Below, piece after piece: positions 37,929 through 42,375 of a stretch of 42,375 bases of DNA. Below the pieces are notes generated by a model, which saw only the letters and a program-made list of their open reading frames with translations, was not told where the DNA came from and ran no database searches. The DNA comes from Deltaproteobacteria bacterium TL4. Its GTDB lineage: Bacteria > SAR324 > NAC60-12. How positions within the stretch are numbered: the first letter of the stretch is position 1; every line of letters begins with the position of its first letter. Position numbers and translations under genes: made by a program. Location: contig JBBCAX010000062.1 of the NCBI GenBank assembly GCA_051382335.1, positions 1 through 42,375 on the forward strand, in the 5' to 3' direction.

Positions 37929-39917
37929 TCAGGCTTTAGTGTCCAAGAATTCGACTTGTACCAGGAGTTGTCTGGCATCGACCTGCTGACCTTGTCGGAC
38001 CAGAACTTCCTTAACCACGCCATCAACGTCAGACTTTATCTGATGTTCCATTTTCATGGCTTCAAGCACCACCAGGGTTTTCCCGACCTCAACCGGGTCA
38101 CCGGGTTTGACATTTACGGCAACGATCCGTCCATTCATCACAGCGATCAATTGCCCCTTGCCACCGACACCCTCGGCATCGCCTTGAGCGAGTCTGATAT
38201 TTTCAACACCGTATTGACGCCCCTCTACTTCAAGGTAAAGTTTTTTTCTGTCCCAGGCATAGGCCGCGTTTTCCTGAAGGCCATCACAAACAAAACGGAT
38301 GTGATATTCGGACACCTTCAGCAACGCAAGCTCGTGTCTTTGTGTTTCAGTTTTAACGTTGAATTTTCCAGGCTTGGGAGTGGTCAACGAGAAGGTCGTT
38401 TCCAGCGGTTCTTCCCAAACTTTGAATTTGTATTGCTGCACAGGAGGGTTCGCGTTTTGCCAATTCCGCAAAAAAGGAGTTTCCCGCGAAGTTTGGGCGT
38501 CTTTTTCGTGAAACAAAACGGTTGCTAACGCTAAGGCCTTTTGTGACAGAGGTTCCTTTTTCAGGACGTCAGCGGAAAAAAACTCAGGAATGAATCCGGT
38601 GGAGGCTTTTCCCTCGGCAAACACCTCATGATCCAGGATTTGTGTCAGAAAGTGTTTGTTGTTTTTAACGCCTAACAGCACACAATCCGCTACCGCATGT
38701 CTCAACCGTCTGCGGGCTTCGTCCCGATCTTTGCCATGCGCGATCACCTTGGCCAACATCGGATCATAATGAGAACTGACCGCTCCTCCCTGGCGTAAGC
38801 CATGATCGGTACGGATCCCTTCACGAACCGTAGGAGACCAGGCCAGGATCGGTCCTGTTTGCGGCAGAAAACCCGCGTTGGGATCTTCCGCGTATAAGCG
38901 AACCTCGATGGCGTGTCCCCGCAATTGAACTTGCTCCTGCGTAAGATTTAACGGTTTTCCCGCGGCAACATCCAATTGCATGGCGACTAAATCCAGTCCC
39001 GTGATCATTTCGGTGACAGGATGTTCCACCTGAAGGCGAGTATTCATTTCCAAAAAGAAAAAGGCTTTGGTCTCATCTACCAGAAATTCGACGGTTCCCG
39101 CGCCCACGTAATTCACAGCTTTTGCGGCGGCAACCGCGGCTTCTCCCATCTGTTGACGCAAAGAGGCGTCAATAATCGGAGAAGGAGCTTCCTCCACCAC
39201 TTTTTGATGTCGGCGCTGAACGGAACAATCTCTTTCTCCCAAATAGAGCGTATTGCCGAACGTATCCGCAAATACCTGGATTTCGACATGATGGGGATTG
39301 ATGATCGCTTTTTCTAAAATCAGCTCATCACTTCCAAAAGCGTTCAAGGATTCAGAACGGGCGGATTTCAAGAGGATTTCCAAATCCTTGTCCTCATGGA
39401 CCAGACGCATTCCTCGACCACCACCACCCGCCGCGGCTTTAATCATGACCGGAAAACCAATTTTTTTTATTCTCCGAATCAAGTTACTGTCGCTTTGATC
39501 GGGGCCTTGATATCCTGGCACGCAGGGAACCTTGGATTTAAGCATCCGCTCCTTGGCAGCGCGTTTATTGCCCATCAGCAAGATGGCTTCACCACTGGGA
39601 CCAATAAAGGTAAGGCCTCCATCCGTACACGCTCTCGCGAAGAAGGCATTTTCCGAAAGGAATCCATAACCCGGATGAATTGCGTCCGCGCCTGTTTTTT
39701 CAGCAGCCTCCAAGATTCGATCTATCCTCAAGTAGGAGTCGCTCACGGCGGCAGGTCCAACACACACCGCCTGATCGGCGATTTGCACATGCAACGCTTC
39801 CGCATCGGCTTCACTGTAGATTGCTACCGTTCTATAGCCCATTGCTTTCGCGGAACGCGCAATTCGAACAGCAATTTCACCTCGGTTCGCAATCAGGATC
39901 TTTGAAAATTTGCCCAT
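37929..39917 (-). CDS. Acyl-CoA carboxylase alpha subunit (biotin carboxylase + BCCP), geranyl-CoA carboxylase AtuF-like
   Basis: ANRGEIA, HPGYGFLSEN, GGGGRGMR, RDCSVQRRHQK, EMNTRLQVEH, EAMKM. Confidence 0.93.
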   Translation of the reverse strand: MGKFSKILIANRGEIAVRIARSAKAMGYRTVAIYSEADAEALHVQIADQAVCVGPAAVSDSYLRIDRILEAAEKTGADAIHPGYGFLSENAFFARACTDGGLTFIGPSGEAILLMGNKRAAKERMLKSKVPCVPGYQGPDQSDSNLIRRIKKIGFPVMIKAAAGGGGRGMRLVHEDKDLEILLKSARSESLNAFGSDELILEKAIINPHHVEIQVFADTFGNTLYLGERDCSVQRRHQKVVEEAPSPIIDASLRQQMGEAAVAAAKAVNYVGAGTVEFLVDETKAFFFLEMNTRLQVEHPVTEMITGLDLVAMQLDVAAGKPLNLTQEQVQLRGHAIEVRLYAEDPNAGFLPQTGPILAWSPTVREGIRTDHGLRQGGAVSSHYDPMLAKVIAHGKDRDEARRRLRHAVADCVLLGVKNNKHFLTQILDHEVFAEGKASTGFIPEFFSADVLKKEPLSQKALALATVLFHEKDAQTSRETPFLRNWQNANPPVQQYKFKVWEEPLETTFSLTTPKPGKFNVKTETQRHELALLKVSEYHIRFVCDGLQENAAYAWDRKKLYLEVEGRQYGVENIRLAQGDAEGVGGKGQLIAVMNGRIVAVNVKPGDPVEVGKTLVVLEAMKMEHQIKSDVDGVVKEVLVRQGQQVDARQLLVQVEFLDTKA

Positions 39918-39955
39918 CGTTTCCTCTCTATTTGTTTTGCCAAAGAGACTTGGAA

Positions 39956-41113
39956 TTACAGCGCATCCGCTGGTAAAATATCCATGATTTTACTAATGAT
40001 CAACAACATGACTTCGTCAGCACCGCCTCCGATGGAAATTAAACGCATATCCCTGTAAGTACGGGCAACCTCGCTATCCCACATGAAGCCTTGCCCGCCC
40101 CAATATTGGAGACACGCGTCACTCACTTCACGCCCCAAACGCCCGGCTTTGAGTTTTGCCATTGAAGCCAACAAGGTCACATCCTTTCCACTGATGTATT
40201 CCTCACAGGCTCGATAGATCAAAGCGCGCAGAGCTTCCACTTCCGTTTGCAATTCCGCAAGTCTGAAGTGAATGACCTGGTTATTGATCAAAGGCTTGCC
40301 AAAGGCGTAGCGCTCACGGGTGTAATCAATAGTGGCGTTTATCACCGCTTCCATACCTTTAAGAACACAACCCGCGGCAAACATCCGTTCTTCCTGAAAC
40401 TGAATCATTTGATAGATAAAGCCTTTTCCTTCATCTCCAATCAAATTTCGACAAGGTACGCGCACATCGTCAAAAAAGATTTGCGCTGTATCGGAGGAGC
40501 GTAAACCCAATTTATTTAACTTGGGAGAAATCGTAATCCCTTTGGTTTTCAAAGGAACCGCAATCATGGATTTACTCATGTAACCCGTACCTTCTCCCGT
40601 GTTGACCAGCAGGCAGACCCAATCTCCCTGCGTTGCGTTAGTGATCCACATTTTGGTGCCATTGATGATATAATCCCCTCCGTCTTTAACCGCACGCGTG
40701 GTGGTGTTTGCCACATCAGAACCCGCTTGAGGCTCACTCACCCCAATACAGGCGACATAGTCTCCGGCAATTGAGGGCGCCAGGAATTCTTTTTTGACTT
40801 CATCACTGCCAAAGCGGGCAAGTGCTGGCGTGGCCATATCTGTTTGAACCCCGATGGCCGTAGGAACTCCCGCACATTTGACCCGCCCAAGCTCTTCGGC
40901 CAACACTAAACCATAACTGTAATCAAGCCCCATTCCGCCATACTCAACTGGTTTGGTAATCCCCAACAGATCCAGTTTTGCCATTTTTTTAAAAAGTTCA
41001 TGCGCTGGGAAAGGTGAATTTTCTTCCCATTCTTCCACATAAGGGTTGATTTCCTTGTCTATGAATTGGCGACAGGTTTCGCGTAGTTTCTCGTGGTCTT
41101 CTGTGAATAACAT
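39956..41113 (-). CDS. Acyl-CoA dehydrogenase, citronellyl-CoA dehydrogenase AtuD-like
   Basis: AIGVQTDMATPALARFG, CIGVSEP, CLQYWGG, SIGGGADEVM; GAGGAG RBS before ATG 41113. Confidence 0.88.
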   Translation of the reverse strand: MLFTEDHEKLRETCRQFIDKEINPYVEEWEENSPFPAHELFKKMAKLDLLGITKPVEYGGMGLDYSYGLVLAEELGRVKCAGVPTAIGVQTDMATPALARFGSDEVKKEFLAPSIAGDYVACIGVSEPQAGSDVANTTTRAVKDGGDYIINGTKMWITNATQGDWVCLLVNTGEGTGYMSKSMIAVPLKTKGITISPKLNKLGLRSSDTAQIFFDDVRVPCRNLIGDEGKGFIYQMIQFQEERMFAAGCVLKGMEAVINATIDYTRERYAFGKPLINNQVIHFRLAELQTEVEALRALIYRACEEYISGKDVTLLASMAKLKAGRLGREVSDACLQYWGGQGFMWDSEVARTYRDMRLISIGGGADEVMLLIISKIMDILPADAL

Positions 41114-41212
41114 GATCACTCTCCTCAATTGAGATTAGCATTGGGCTTAAAAGTTCTGTGTTTTCCACAGCGGACCTTCAAGCAGAACATAAGAGATCTA
41201 AAGTGAAAAAAA

Positions 41213-42375
41213 TCACATTCGGGCAATTCCGAAGGTATTCGTTTGGAGTTTACGGACTTGAGCTTCCCTACAGGTCGCCAGTACGAACGCCAAGACTTTT
41301 CGTGAATCTCTGGGATCAATAATTCCATCATCCCATAAGCGCGCCGTTCCATACAAAACGGTGGATTCATCGTCCATACGAGCGATGATTTGATCTTCCA
41401 TGGCTTTCAAGCCCACTTCGTCAACCGCTTGTTCTCGTTTTTTCATTTTTTCAATGGTAATGATGGACATCACTTTGGCAGCCTGCTCTCCTCCCATTAC
41501 CCCAATTTTCGCGTTGGGCCATGAGAAAATAAACTGGGGCCCCAAACCCCGTCCGCACATGCCATAGTTCCCCGCGCCAAAAGAGGCTCCGATTTGCAGG
41601 GTGACTTTGGGAACTGAGGCATTCGCGACAGCCTGAAGCATCTTGGCGCCATGCTTCACAATGCCATTTTGTTCCGCGTCGGTTCCCACCATATAGCCTG
41701 TGGTATTTTGGAGAAAAATCAGGGGCGTATTACTTTGACAGCAGAGTTGAATGAACTGACCCGCTTTAACGGAACCCTTCGTGGTGATAGGACCATTATT
41801 TCCAAGAATGCCACAGGTCATGCCCTCAATTTTGGCGTGTCCGCAAATGGTGAAACTATCATAAGGGGCTTTGAATTCCAAAAACTCTGAACCATCCACA
41901 ATTCGGGCAATCACTTCCCGGCAATCATAAAATTTCTTAAAGTCCACGGGAACAGCCCCTACCAATTCTTCAATGTTATGAAGTGGTTCCTGATAATCTT
42001 TAGGGACCAGGACAGGGTTGTTTTCGTTCCATCCCAGTGAGGTTACGATTTCTCGGGCGTAACGAATGGCGTCCTGATCATTTTCAGCTAGATACTCCGC
42101 GGTTCCTGATTGAAGCGCATGCATCTCAGCACCCCCCAATTCTTCGTCAGTCGCAATTTCTCCGGTTGCCGCTTTTAATAAAGGCGGACCCGCTAAAAAA
42201 ACCTTCGCGTTCTTTTTAACCATGACCACATAATCGGACATCCCCGGTAAATAAGCGCCTCCCGCGGTGGAACTTCCGTGGACGACAGTAATTTGGGGAA
42301 TTCCGGCAGCAGAGGCTCTGGCCTGATTGGCAAATATTTGACCGCCTAAAATAAAAATTTCAGACTGATACATTA
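41213..42375 (-). CDS. Acyl-CoA carboxylase carboxyltransferase subunit, AtuC-like (5' end outside window)
   Basis: GSSTAGGAY, LAGPPL, EELGGA, QNTTGYMVG, GASFGAGNYGMCGR, DDGIIDPR. Confidence 0.92.
   Translation of the reverse strand, partial: MYQSEIFILGGQIFANQARASAAGIPQITVVHGSSTAGGAYLPGMSDYVVMVKKNAKVFLAGPPLLKAATGEIATDEELGGAEMHALQSGTAEYLAENDQDAIRYAREIVTSLGWNENNPVLVPKDYQEPLHNIEELVGAVPVDFKKFYDCREVIARIVDGSEFLEFKAPYDSFTICGHAKIEGMTCGILGNNGPITTKGSVKAGQFIQLCCQSNTPLIFLQNTTGYMVGTDAEQNGIVKHGAKMLQAVANASVPKVTLQIGASFGAGNYGMCGRGLGPQFIFSWPNAKIGVMGGEQAAKVMSIITIEKMKKREQAVDEVGLKAMEDQIIARMDDESTVLYGTARLWDDGIIDPRDSRKVLAFVLATCREAQVRKLQTNTFGIARM

Overview
Bacterial chromosomal window. The gene content resembles deltaproteobacterial or SAR324-type genomes, but that is a loose inference. 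From left to right: (1) the 5' end of an IS630-like transposase, then housekeeping genes (ABC exporter, hotdog thioesterase, gyrA with a tandem-repeat acidic tail, cyclophilin, a large alpha/beta-hydrolase, IscA/HesB, rplM-rpsI, an epimerase, a decayed transaldolase, a divergent PRPP synthetase). (2) A ~12 kb bioenergetic locus, the best candidate for an undescribed system. A divergent rseC faces an unusual Rnf operon: an RnfC-RnfD fusion with eroded flavin motifs, rnfG, rnfE, rnfA, and RnfB fused to a GltD/NfnB-like FAD/NAD(P) domain. This runs directly into a 16-heme cytochrome c, an HmcB/HybA-like FeS protein and an NrfD/HybB-family membrane protein fused to a 5-heme cytochrome c. (3) A decaying accessory stretch with frameshifted CheB/CheR-PAS, histidine kinase and TorD-like genes, several REP/MITE-like palindromic elements, and a 21-bp direct-repeat motif found three times at a fixed distance from -35-like hexamers. 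(4) An Atu-like (acyclic terpene/branched acyl-CoA) catabolic cluster. No rRNA, tRNA or CRISPR array was recognised.
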